Positions 49,650-62,549 of a stretch of DNA of 64,000 bases are shown piece after piece (the stretch's first letter is position 1; the number at the start of each line of letters is the position of its first letter). The translations under genes were made by a program, and so were the position numbers. The stretch spans positions 1 to 64,000 of the forward strand of contig NW_021833225.1 in NCBI RefSeq assembly GCF_006345805.1. The letters run 5' to 3'. This DNA is from Octopus sinensis. Taxonomy: Eukaryota. The notes beneath the pieces were generated by a model that saw only the letters and a program-made list of their open reading frames with translations, did no database searches and was not told where the DNA came from.

Positions 49650-52450
49650 GCATGTTGTGAAACTATTGAGAAACATTGCAGTGAACTTTTAAATTGAACC
49701 AAGACCTATACCAGTTCTATAGAGAAGCTACAGAAGCTCCCTCAATAGGCTACATGAGGAGACTTAAAGAATATTTGGATAGGAAATACCCAACACTCTC
49801 AAATTTTTCAGAGAAACATTTGCACCAGCAATCTACATGTATTGCAAAGAAATATGCCATCCCACTAAGCAAAATCACCCAGCCAAAATGCACAAATGAT
49901 AATACTTGTATTAATGGCACAGTAAACTTTTCTCCACTAAGAAACTGTGAATAACAAGAAACACAAACCAAGACAAACACAACAACAAACTGCTACCACT
50001 ACACAAACAAGTGGCAGCCACATATGATCTCACATAAACAAGTAAGGAATATAAAATAGTAAAATCACAGCTTGCATCAAAGTTCAAACAAAACTTTACT
50101 TCTTACATACATAAGGCACAATATGACAGAATGATACCGACACAAGATTTGGGAAAACCAATCGACCTGATGTTATCACTGATCAACAAAGTTGTAAGGG
50201 AACAAGTAGCTCAAATTCAAGCTCCCAGTTTTGGACAATAAATATCCTGCTATATTGTACTGCAGTAACTGTGTACAAAGGGATGGGAGTAAAAGAGCTC
50301 AATCCAAAAAATAATACTGAGCCAAAATGGATTACCAGCTTCCAGAATAACATCAATGTATTCAGGAAAAAGATAGAACTGTTGGACACTATCATCAAAT
50401 ATATAACTAAAAATTAATTCATTTTAGATTTTCTAGATACAATAGATTCTCCAAACTGTATGGGAATTGCTGTCAAGAAACACTCACAAGCAAACTGATT
50501 ACCATTAAACACAATCTACAAGCAGTAAGTGAAAAACTTTCTTACTGTAAAAAATTACATGCACGCAAAATGATAAATCAAAAGTTTGTCTGAAACCCAC
50601 AAGCTGCATATGGCTGTATGAAAGGTGATACCACCAAGGTAGTAAATGCTCTTCCCCAGGAGATATAGACTCATTCAGGTGGAGAATCAGTAATGTAAAC
50701 TAAAAACACAAGCTTGACACAGCATGAACTACAAGGTGAGTATTGTGTAAATGCCTCTCCCAAAATATATAATGTCACCAGTGAAACACAATCTGGTTTA
50801 TTGTGGTTATTATAAAACTGCTGAATGGAAAATCACTAGGGATCTGATAGTGGGCTAGTGGTACAAAAAGTTAATGTTTTACCAGAAAATTCTTCTGACT
50901 ATGTTAAAAAACAATGAACACTGAGCTAGATATATACCAGATCAGCTGACGTTTGCATGGACTATTCTTATCCCCCAAAACAAAGAGACTCACATGACCA
51001 AACACTCTAGCTCATAGCATGCTTGCATGTTATGTACAAACTGTACACGGTGTTAAAGACAACTGTCAAACAAATAGTGTTGATAACTGATGAACAAGCA
51101 GGTGGAAAGGAAGGAGTCTGGGACTGTATTGAACAGTTCCACCTCAACAAAACTGTCCTTAAAGAAGCCAAGCAGCATCTCCATAATTTCTTCTCAATAT
51201 GGATAGACTACAAGAAGACTACAGAATAACAAAAGAGTACTTTTGTAGAGTCCAGAAAATATGGAACTCAACACTCTAGATTTAACAAAACTATATCTCA
51301 TAATGCTTTTGCAATGCTAGTGCTGGTACCAATATGTAAGATATTGGACTGGACACTTGATGAGATCCACAGCCTGGGCATCAAAACTTCTTCATTAATA
51401 GCAACATTGATAGGATCTATGTGAGACGAGATGATGGCAGTTGAGGTATAAGTTCAGTTCAAACAGCCTTTGACTTTCACATTTTATCAGTCAGACAACA
51501 CCTGCTGAACAATAAAGTAAGAAATGAATACATTTCATGTATACTCATAAGTGAGAGCAACAACATCTTCTGAGTTGTAGAACAACTGTGCTGGTATTCT
51601 GAGAATACAACTGTCTCATGTGACTCGAAGGAGGCTGGACTGGCTTTCCTAAAAAAGCAGCTTGGAGGAGAAACAGGGATCATACCAGAAAAAAGCAATA
51701 CATAGGTACATATACCTTAAGCTAGATGATAACAGCAGGATTGACAGAAAGATTTGCCTCTCCTGGACCTGTGATAGATACATTACTTCCTACCTGGAAG
51801 GATATGCCTTTGCTATCCAGGAACAGGTGATAATATCTAAATATCTGATAAACAAGAGAAACAAAGATACCATCAAACCTCCACATTGTGGGAGAAAATA
51901 TCCACTCTGCTATACCAGTATGGAAGATATCACCCACATCATCAGTAACTCCCCCAAAATGTTTACAAGATACTACTTGGTCCTGAGATATGACATAGCT
52001 GCAAAGACTATTTACAATGCCATCTGCATGTAGGATTGCTCAGATTTATACATCAAAGGCATGTTAAAAGCAGCATGTATTTTACACCTTTAAAAACAAG
52101 AAATACTGGTAGAACACTCCAAACAGCAATTCAGTGCAAACATAACAGAGCTGTTATCTTTCTGTAGGACATAGAACAAAATTCATGCACTGTCATTGAG
52201 GTTAGCTGCCTAGTGGATGTGAATGTACCATTAAAAGACCTGGAAGAAGGGAACATTTATGGTAAATTAATGCAGAACTTAAAAGCTCTTGTACTCTAAC
52301 TTTGAATCCTCCTTTATTCCAAGCATCATAGCTATGTCCCTACAAATTTACACAAAAACCTAGAAATACTAGTTATTTTGAAAAAAGAGCAAAAGAAACT
52401 ATTAGTGGCACAAGGAAGATTTGAGTGTGTTCATTGACTGCTCAACCAAC
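49650..52450 (+). mobile_element. Decayed R4/Dong-like non-LTR retrotransposon (RT + restriction-like endonuclease)
   Basis: N-terminal LYQFYREA...GYMRRLKE; RT EQAGGKEGVWDC...WIDYKK; EGYAFAIQEQVI...EDITHIISNSP; KHNRAVIF...IEVSCLVDVN. Confidence 0.8.
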
Positions 52451-52999
52451 ACACTAACACAACCACATATTTACAAACACCAGGAACTCTTTTGATTCAA
52501 AATGTTTTGCCACGTTGTTAGCAACAGACGTGAACTCTTTTAAGAATAACTTAAATAAAACTCAAACAAAAACATATATACATATATACATGCTTACACA
52601 GACACACACACACACACACACACACGCGCGCGCACGCACACAATACTTGCTGAGAGCTGTTGCACAATTGGCCTGGGAGAAAGAATATTCACTAAATATA
52701 TGATGAATACTCTCACCAAAATGAATGCCATAATTATCAGCCTCATTAAATGATTCATTATTCTCCTGATTATATACACTGAAAAAACATTTTATTCACA
52801 GTTGTAGTTTAATTCACATTAAACTTGAATTTACCACACTTTAATTCACTTTAAACTTGAATTTACCACACAGAAATCCATTACAAACAGCATCACTAGA
52901 AATGACAAATTAAAAGTAACTAAAGAAGAGCTGAAACAGGACATGGAGAGATGTAAACAAAATCTTTTCAGTTGTTGTTACAGAAGGAATCATAATTAA

Positions 53000-55600
53000 T
53001 AAAACGTATTCTACTTGGAGTTATAAAACTTAATAATGATCTACTTAAAATGGCAAAAGAAGATCCTTTTTGACTATATGAAAACAATGAAATCATACTG
53101 CAATGAACTTCGTACAGAACTAAATTATTTCAAATAGAATAATTATGATAACAAGGAACATTTTTGTTGAGTGCAAACAGGTATTTGTTTACAGTCATTT
53201 TTTTCTGAAAAATTACGAGTATAATTTTTTTCCTCAAAATGTAAACACTGTACAAATAACACCATTTGGATATTCTCCCACATCAGGCGTGCATTCAGTA
53301 ACAAACCAGGCCTCTACTACAACTATGCTGCCCTAAGAGTCAGGTTCACCATTCTACTACCAATATACTATTATTTACCCAAACTGACTGTCCTCAATAT
53401 GCTGTCAGAAAACCTAATAACAACATTGAGGATGAAAAATATACTGAGCTGGAAGAGTAAGGAGTATAGACACTTGCAATGTTGTCTCTGTGAAATCTCT
53501 CAAGAGAGAATTACTTCATTTCTTAATACTCCACCTTCAGAAAAGATCTTATCTAACTAACATAAATAAAAAAAGCATTAATTCTAATGGTGCTTAAAAA
53601 TAATCAAGGGAGAATATTAATAAAGTGTAAAGAGCTCTTATTTTGGCAAATTATTACTTGTTTATATACCCTCTCAACAACTGCAATGTAGCACCTTAGA
53701 CATACTGAAAAATTAAAGGATTTGGGAAGAAAATAAAAGGATGGTTGATTTATGGAGAACTATCAGTTAAGGGGCATTGTGTATCACATGCAAACAAATA
53801 CTACACTTACATCTAGCAAAGAATGAAAAATAAAGTAGAAACAATGTTCGGAGATAATAAAAAGAGAGAACATTTATATACAAATTAATTGCCCTTAAAT
53901 AGGAACTAAAAGTTGTCAGTGAAAAATTCTGGCATCAGTAAAAAGCAGTTGAAATAAAAAAGATTAACATGAAATTTAATTGAAACTAGTCAGCAGTTTA
54001 TAGAAATATGAGAGGACAATGGATAAATGTCACATTGCTTCTTTCTTGTGAAGATGAGTCATTCTGGAAAAAAATCTGGAGTCAGGAAAAGGAGTTTAAT
54101 CCAAAGAGTGTAGAGTGGTTAGAAGAAATCTGAAACAAATATTGTCTCTGTATTAGACAAAAGGAATACAACATCAAAAATGAGACTTTCAACATGGTTA
54201 TTCAAAAGCTTCAGGATAGGGAAGCATCAGGAAGGACCCAGTTATCAGAGACTAGTACAAAAAAACTGAACTTCTGTCAGAAGAATTCCATTGATGTTTA
54301 CTTGTAAGCTCTCAGTGGTAGAGACAAAACAAAACTGACATCCAAAAGCAATGCTACTTGCATGGTGAAAATTACCAACCAATTACATGCCAGAATCTTA
54401 TGTATAAAACCTATATAGCTTACCTGAACTTATGCTTTCAAGAAATTCTGGTAGCTATAATATCACAGCTGGACAAGCAGCTGAGAAGAAAGAATTTGGG
54501 AAGTGTCAAACAGCTCTTGATTATTATGATATCAAATATGTAGTGAACTTGGTCATATTCTGGCTAGATTTCAAGAAACATTCAATTCTGTTCTCAACTC
54601 ATAGATGCTAGAATCCCTTCACCTTGTTAAAGTTTCAGATACTATTATTAAGGTCATAAAGAACCTAACTTTATTCTGGGTCACAATTCTGAAGTTGATT
54701 ACATTGACCCCCAAGGAAGTGGCCCTATTGAGATATATTGCAAGATTAGAGCCTCTCAATAATCAACTTGTCACTTACCTGAAGGAAATTTGATGGTTAT
54801 GCAAATTGGCTCACAGGAAGTTAGAAAAAAACCAATCCAACAATTTGTTTCTTTGTGGATGATCTGATAGAATATACCAAGAATATGAATGGTATGAAGA
54901 AATGCCTTAGCCTGGTTATGACGTTCATGCAAAAGATACAGGAATATTAAGCCAGTCAAAAGAAAATATTGTCCTCTGCATTTTATGTGCACAATAAATC
55001 ATTACCCCAAATATGCTAACTGTACCGGTACGCATATCAACATTTGGACTTCTTAACTAGATGTTAGATAAGATCTGGATTATTGAGGCTAAAGTCGCCA
55101 AATTGTTAATTTATAAAAAAAAACTGACATAGACTACTTTTACTTAAAATAAAATTAAAGCAGCAGAGACATCAATTTAAACAGCATTTGAATGTCACAT
55201 CATATCCCTTCAACAGCTTCTACTGACCACCAGATGTTGAAATTTGGCTATGGAGCATGGCTACATATACGAGGTAGATAACATCATAATAGTTTGAAAG
55301 GAGCTTTTCAGAAAGTATTCCCTGACCTATGATCAGGGATACACACCCAGAGAAGTTGAATAACTCTAATGGATATGCTTTTGCAACTCTAGAATCAGAA
55401 ATAACAACTACTTGAGGATAAAATTCACAAAACGGATACAGATGCAAGTGAACCACCCAGATCATTAATAAAAATCTATAGAAAGGATAATCCTGAAGAT
55501 ACAAATATAAGAAGCTACTGAGATATGGAGAACATAATCCAACAAAATATGAAAGAACACTGATGGAATGTTCTTATAGACTAACAAAGTGTCAACTTAA
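53000..55600 (+). mobile_element. Second, more decayed R4/Dong-like element
   Basis: ESFWKKIWSQEKEFNP, ENYQPITCQNLMYK, TYLKEI near the QGD motif position; boundaries approximate. Confidence 0.7.
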
Positions 55601-56317
55601 CAGACTGAATTTAATGTACACTTGCAATAAGTCATTTGGTAGTTCATCATTATCCTCATCATTTAAACATCTGTTGTCTGTGCTGGCATGAGATAGACGG
55701 TTTGACCAGGACTGGTGAGTTGAAGGACTGCACCGGACTCCAGTCGTATTTGCCATTGTTGTTAACATAATATTAAAGATGAGTAAAAAAAGAACAAACC
55801 CATGTTGAATTGATGAGAAATCTGCTTTTAATCCATCCAGATTATGGTTCTATATTTCTACCAATGGTTTTGGAAGCACATAAAGTCAGAAAGAACACAC
55901 CTAATCAAGAGATTACAAGTAATCAAAAGCACTATCAAAATATGCAAAATAATCAAGAAGTTTAGCAGGTAATAAGTGCACATACATATACGTACATGCT
56001 TATATACATACATGTAAAGATATTATACATATAGGTATGCACACATACATACATACATACATACATACATACATACATGCATGCATGCATACAATACCTA
56101 CATCCATAGCTTAAAACCTACGTATGCTACTCTATAATGAAAAGACAGCCTATTTTCTAGTTGATCACCTTATATTCTAACCTATTCTTCATAACTGATC
56201 TGATTTTTATCTTCTCTATACTTTTCCTTCTATAATTAGGCATGCTAATTAAATTGATATTGTGCTTATGTTAGCAATCATCATTAGTATTATGTTAATA
56301 CCTCTTATCATTTAGCT

Positions 56318-56510
56318 TTTATTTGTTTCAATCATTGGGCTGTGGTCTTGCTGAGGTACTACTTTGAAGGATTTATTTGAAGAAATTGACCCCAGTACTT
56401 AAAGTTTTCTTTTAAAGCCTGCTACTTATTCTGTCAGTCACTTTTGCTGAATTGCTAAGTTATGGGGATGTAAACAAACCAACACCAGTTGTCAATCAGT
56501 GGTGAAGACA
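56318..56510 (-). mobile_element. Degenerate SINE (second family, 3' part)
   Basis: TTTGTTTCAATCATTGGGCTGTGG...GACCCCAGTACTTA...GCTAAGTTATGGGGATGTAAAC resembles the reversed body of recalled cephalopod SINEs. Confidence 0.6.
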
Positions 56511-56535
56511 AACACACACACTCAGAGCAAAGGCA

Positions 56536-56691
56536 CATACCCATTCTTCAGTTTCCATCTATGAAATCCACTCACAAGGCTTTTGTCGGACCAAGGCTGT
56601 AGTAGAAAGCACCTGACCAAGTGCGATGCAGCATGACTGAACCCAGAACCATGTGGTTGGGAAGCAAATTTCTTACCACACAGCCATGCCT
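56536..56691 (-). mobile_element. tRNA-derived SINE
   Basis: Minus strand GGCATGGCTGTGTGGTAAGAA (A box), GGGTTCAGTC (B box), TTGTGAGTGGATTT...GAAACTGAAGAA. Confidence 0.8.
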
Positions 56692-58289
56692 ACACTTAAT
56701 AGATCATTCTTATTTTTAAAAATATTTTTCTCCTGGTAAACATTTGTTCATATAACAAATAACGAATACAAAATTTCAAAGTGTGTATATGTACATTAAA
56801 TAATAGTTTTGTTTGAATACTTCTTTCCATTGAAAATTAAAACTGTATCTCTTTTGTAAAATGATGCTTTATTTCAGGATATGTGTGCTGGGTTTTCAGC
56901 TTTGGAAAGCAGCTGGCAATGAGAATACAATACATTAGATTGTGACTTAATTTACTTATCCTATTTCACATACTTATATTGAAACATCCTGATATTACAA
57001 GGCGTCAGACACATCCAGATCCGTATGTACTGACTAGTTATATTATAAACAAAGCTTAACATTTAATGAAGATTTATACTTTAAAAGTTGATTTTGTTTT
57101 TCTTTAAATTTTCTGTCTGATGTGCCTTCGAGTTTATTCGGTTTTAGATGAGCCAATTTGGAAGAATTGTTGGAGTAGCCATTTTCAAAGTTAGATATCA
57201 TTTCCTAATATTAATGTTGACAGTATACTATAGGGACATAGTAGCTGAGAGGTTAGGGTTGAATAAGGTTACCAAACCAAGACAACAAACAAATATATCA
57301 AACACTCCAACATTGAAAGTTCAGTAATTGAGAAAGTAAATTGATTTGTACACTAAATAAATGAATATAAATAAATAAACAATTTAAACAGCTCATGTGC
57401 ATGTCTGATTTAGGACATTGTGGATATTCTTAGTAGTAAAATATGAGGTTTATCCAAAAACTAGCAAGTTATTTTTTGTATATAAGTTCAAATTCATTAT
57501 TGTTGAAGTGGTGACACATAGCCATATAATTTATAATGGTTTCAATTGATCTACTTAAGTCAAGGTCATTGTGTGGAAATTCCAACAATACACATCACTC
57601 TACTTATAATCTCAAACAATTTTCTATTATTTTATGCTTATTTAAACATTGTAGAAAAATGATACTCTGTTAACGGTTGTCATAATGACTAAAAATAAAG
57701 GATGGGCTTCCAGATAATCTACATCCTGTACATCATATATGGAATTCTGTCTCATATATCTATCTTCCATGACTACCAAACCATCTCAGGAAGGAGAAAT
57801 AGAGAGGTTTAAGTTGTTTTTTTTAAATAATGTGTCTAAAAGCTAAAGTTTGGAAGGAGAAAACAGAATAAAAATATTAACTATTTTGTAGCTATCAGCT
57901 ACAATGTTTCCAAGATAATCTAACTGAAACAATGGCAGAAAATGAGAAATTTGTAGCTGCTTTAAAAAATGTCATTGTAAGAATTGTAGTGTCACAATAA
58001 AGTCACTGTTTATGTGTTTATGTTCATGCTTGTGTGTGTGTGTGCATGTTTTTAATGTACGAATGGAAGAAAATATAGCCAAATGGTTATAAAGTTCCCT
58101 TCCAAATCATGAGTTCCTATATTCAATGCTACTGTGTGAAGTCTTGGGCTAGCATCTTTTACTATAGTTTCAAGTTCACCAAATTTTTGAGAGTGAAACT
58201 GGATAGACAGAAGCTGTGTGGAAGGTCATCAGAAGGGCTGGACTAGTAATTCAAAAAGTCAGCTTTGTCACTCTGCAGTATGCTGATTC

Positions 58290-59050
58290 TGCTTAAAGAT
58301 TATGCTAAGAATACATATAATAATAATGATAATAAATAATGAAATTATTGTATACTGTGCTCAAGTGCACCATAGCTTGTCAGAAAGTGCGTATAAAGTG
58401 TATGCAGTAATGTATAAATGTCTGGAAAGCAAACAATGTATGAGTCAGATATATGCTTGTGTGTGTATGGAGGGGAGGAAATCAGGTGTAGTGTTAGCAA
58501 ATCTCAGGAAGCATGGAAGTTTTGAAGGATGCAGTGCTCCGACAACTAACAACTGATGCCGGCAGTTTGTTCCATGCTTCAGCAACTCTCTGCGTGAAAA
58601 AATGTTTCCTAAAGTCATGGGAGCTGTGCTGTTTTCTGACTCTGTAAATATGTCCACGGGTGTTAGACGGGTGGAGTTTGAAAAGGTGCTCAGAGTTATT
58701 GTTTGTAAGATGGTTGATAATTTTATGGGTGTCTGCCAAGTCAGCTGCCAGACATCGGAGTTTCAATGTGTCCATGCCCAGGGAAGTAAGGCGTTCAGAA
58801 TATGGCAAATGCCTGATGGAGGGTATTCTTTTGGTTGCACGTCGCTGAACGGCTTCCAGACGATTGATATCCTGGGCAAGATAGGGGTTCCAGACCAGTG
58901 ATGCAAATTCCAGGTGAGGTCTTACTATAGCTATATAAAGCTGCAGATAGATAGTCGGAGAGCGGCTCACAAAGGATTTGGTGAGTGATGCCAAGACACT
59001 CTCAGCCTTCTTGACAATTTTAGCGATGTGTTTTGTCCAACGCAAATCAC
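58290..59050 (-). mobile_element. CR1-group LINE 3' fragment
   Basis: ORF 58494-59081; roughly 90% similar to 19560-20290. Confidence 0.92.
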
Positions 59051-59801
59051 TGCAAATCAAATCTGTAGAATACTCAACCACTTACAATATAATTCAGTGA
59101 GTAGTTCAGTTATTTGAATAACAGAAAAATTCATTATGAAAATTGAATACAAATGTTTGTTTTTACTTTATACATTATATGAAAATAGATTTGTGGTCAC
59201 TTGGTAGGTTTTCAATTGGCATTGCTCTCTGTCTATCTGTCTGTCTGTCTCTCTCTCTCTCAACCTTTCTTTCTATATATATACACACACATACACACAC
59301 ATATAGTAATAGAAAATTTAAATTACAAAAAAAGGCGGGAACTTAGTTGCCAACTCAATGAAAGAGAATGCAAAAGAAATATATAAATTGGTTTTATTAA
59401 CAGAATTACCTTAAAGATGGGACAATTTGTGCGTGATGAAGACGATAGAGTGGAGAAGAGAAGGATTAATGTTTGGAAGGAGATTGTCCTTCCATTAAGA
59501 CTTCAGGAAGAAGAATTTCTGACGTTTTGTCTCACTTAGGCTTAATTTAGGCTTTTTGGACACACTTTCTTCATTTTTACACTTGCAGTTCATTTCATTA
59601 GAAACATATCAAGAAAAGTCTGCTTTTTCCTGCCTTTCAGAATGTTATGGAAATGTGCCAGAGCAGTGTTATTGTATGAAATTTGCTTGTACTGCAGATT
59701 TTTGCTCATACTTCAAGACAAAAATTTGCACAAACCTCGGATTGTAAAGCAAATTATTCATACAATAGGCCACACATACTACAAAGTTCTACTGTATAAT
59801 G

Positions 59802-60429
59802 TTTATCACCACTTTAATGTGGGTGTTCTCTAAGTAAGAGATGATAATACTACTATTTTAACCCCTTAACCCCAGGAAGACATCTTCTCTAGCTGGTTTA
59901 TTCCGTGCACTTTCTACACTTGATATTTATTACAAATGGGAAATAGCTCTTGCCAGCCTAGCTTCATGACCACCGGACTACATGATTTTGATCTTATTGG
60001 ATCTCTTCAGTGGTGGGCACTCATTTGCCAGGCATGGCAGTTGTTTAATTTCACTTGTAATGAAAAGAAAATACAGTTTCAATATAATTTCACTTGTAAT
60101 GAAAAGAAAATACACTGATTTTGTAACTACAAGCTTCCTAGTTACAAAATTAGAGATTGTATGAAACTGTATTTTCTGTATCTTCTAAGTGAGGTTAAAC
60201 TACTGCCATGCTTGGCAAATGAATGCCCACAACTGAAGAGATCCAATAAAAGTGAAATCATGTGGTCTGGTGGTTTCAAAGCTAGGGTGACAGGAGTTAT
60301 CTCTCACTTGCAATAAATATTGAGTGCAGAAAGCATACTGAATAAACCAGCTGACGAGATATCTTCCTGGGATTAAAACAAGATTGATCGTCACCTCTTA
60401 GAGAACACCCATGTTCAAGTGGCAATAAA
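59802..60429. repeat. ~630-bp foldback (near-complete palindrome)
   Basis: ORFs 59936-60118(+) and 60200-60394(-) encode near-identical peptides; central hairpin TTTTGTAACT/AGTTACAAAA. Confidence 0.92.
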
Positions 60430-60492
60430 ATCTATCTTTTGGTTCATATACTGCTTCTATTTTGAACAGAGATATTCTAACAGACTAGTTTC

Positions 60493-60497
<5 letters not shown>

Positions 60498-60541
<44 letters not shown>

Positions 60542-60588
60542 GTAGTAATAATAATAATAATAAAATAATAATAATAATAATAATAATA

Positions 60589-60627
<39 letters not shown>

Positions 60628-60647
60628 GTAGTAATAATAATAATAAT
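60498..60647. repeat. (TAA)n microsatellite
   Basis: Direct reading. Confidence 0.97.
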
Positions 60648-60716
60648 ATTAGGGAGTATAACTCCAAACTTATAGGGAAAATTTGATTTAGTATTAAATC
60701 AAATTTCACAGTATAA

Positions 60717-61566
60717 ATATATAAAATATGAATTAGAGATAAAACCACTATTATGCAACTCAAACAGTGATAGACATAAACCAATACATAAATAACAAAT
60801 AATGTAAATAATATAAATATAATTGATATAATATATAATATATATATTTATAATTTTTTTTTCAAAAAGTATAAAAGAATGATAAATATAATATAATAAG
60901 TAAAAACACTACATACATTTCATGGCTATAATTAAATTTGAATTGCAATTAAGTTTAAATTCAATTGAAATAAATTCTAACTAAAATTATAGTCAATCTT
61001 CAGGTTAATGATAATAGTGAATAAATAAGCAAATAGAGTTAAACAATATTTTTTAAGAAATAAATAAAATAATAATTTTTCTCATTAAAAATACTCCATT
61101 ATCTAAATTAGAAACTTAAAACATTAGGAGTATTTCATACAGCCCATTTATTATGTTAAATATTTATTTTTAAGGTAAAAAATTAATAGAATTATGTATT
61201 TATCTATGAAGATATAATATGGCTTAAAAAAAACATAATAAACTCTCGAATATCCTTAACTCAGTTATAGTCCAATATTTAATTACCAAATTATTTAACA
61301 AAACAATCACTATTCATATTTTTAAATTTAAGTTCAAATCTAATAATTATAAATATTTAAAAGGAAGTATCTAAATTATAATCAACAAACATAGTAATTA
61401 AAAGCTAAAATTTACTCTATCAATAAAAATATAGACATATAATGAAAGATAAATGAATTAATTAGTCCATTATTACTTACATAAATATTATAAATATCAA
61501 TACAATATATTTATGAAATACATTTAAAAAGTTACAGATTTTATCTCTAATTCATATTTTATATAT
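60717..61566. mobile_element. Very AT-rich segment bounded by perfect 28-bp inverted repeats (MITE-like)
   Basis: ATATATAAAATATGAATTAGAGATAAAA at 60717-60744 and its reverse complement at 61539-61566. Confidence 0.55.
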
Positions 61567-61569
61567 ATA

Positions 61570-62086
61570 CTAGCAGTATCGCCCAGTGTTGCTCGGGTTT
61601 GTAAGGGAAATAACTATATAAGCATTTTTAGAGAGTTACTTCCTTTATAGATGCCAATTCGGGCTTTCTTAGCCATTTCTGTTTTGGTGTCTTCAAGCCA
61701 TGAAGTCGTTGTTCTAAAAGAACGCTGGTCTCCTTGACAACGCATTACAACGTTGATTTCCTTACACTCCCTTCCCCACAGCTTCACGAGGGAGGGAAGA
61801 AGGGGGAGAAGCAAACACAGGTGCAGGTGTTTGAGCGTGGACGCCAACTCCACCGCCATCGACACACGAAAAATTATGCATTAAAATGGAATAAAAAATG
61901 ATGTTAAATTATTTTTAAAATCGTAGACTCATCGTAGACACGCGCTAATAGCCATACGGGCTCGATATTAATCACGACTATAAGATACCCGAATTTGGTT
62001 AAACTGCACCGCAAAATGTGGGAGGAGTTAGGAATCTAAATCGTAGGAGACAGACACTCACACAACTACAGTTTTATATATATAGA
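61570..62086 (-). mobile_element. Non-autonomous Helitron with ~220-bp extra internal segment
   Basis: CTAG + hairpin at 61570, TC end at 62086, A|T target; body matches 32867-33250 apart from 61650-61868. Confidence 0.87.
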
Positions 62087-62111
62087 TATATATAAGGTTA
62101 AATAAGGTCAG

Positions 62112-62447
62112 TCTATGGGATTACCCTGGGTTTCACATCCATAAAGCGCTTAGCTTTACAGCATATCATCAAACCTCAAAACCTGTTGACATATGGCCTC
62201 TGTAACAAGTGACTTTTCTAGAAAATGGAGGAGAAAAAGACTTCATTACTGTCAACAATAGGTAATTGTCTCCTTTTGGAGATTATCAATAACAGCCAAA
62301 GGGAGACAATCCCCTGTTGTTGACAGTAACGAAGTCCTTTTCTCCTCCATTTTCTAGAGAGGTCATGTGCCAACAGGTTTTGAGATTTGATGATACACTG
62401 TAAATTTAAGCATTTTATGGAGGTGAAACCCAAGGTAATCCCATAGA
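62112..62447. repeat. ~335-bp foldback (arms ~165 bp)
   Basis: TCTATGGGATTACCCTGGGTTTCAC and TTCTAGAAAATGGAGGAGAAAAA both recur as reverse complements. Confidence 0.92.
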
Positions 62448-62549
62448 TTACCCACACACATACAACAACTCTCATACAACGACACACATACAACATACAT
62501 CAGCACTGTTACAGGCTCCCATTGCAATGTCAAAGGAGCCTACACACAT

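Noticed and set aside
54770-54790. Strong minus-strand donor CAG|GTAAGT
   Set aside because: Antisense of R4-like RT coding sequence (VTYLKE).
59404-59539. Possible terminal exon ITLKMGQFVRDEDDRVEKRRINVWKEIVLPLRLQEEEFLTFCLT*
   Set aside because: Moderate acceptor only, no recognised homology and no partner exon; a similar weak acceptor at ~56878 is also unsupported.
60968-61004. Hammerhead-like CTGAAGA-stem-GAAT on minus
   Set aside because: GAAA is not intact, stems I and III cannot be drawn, and hairpins are common in such AT-rich DNA.
60745-61538. NUMT (nad5, nad2, rRNA or control region)
   Set aside because: Trial translations gave stops and no diagnostic mitochondrial motif; only AT bias. 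BLAST against the mitogenome would settle it.
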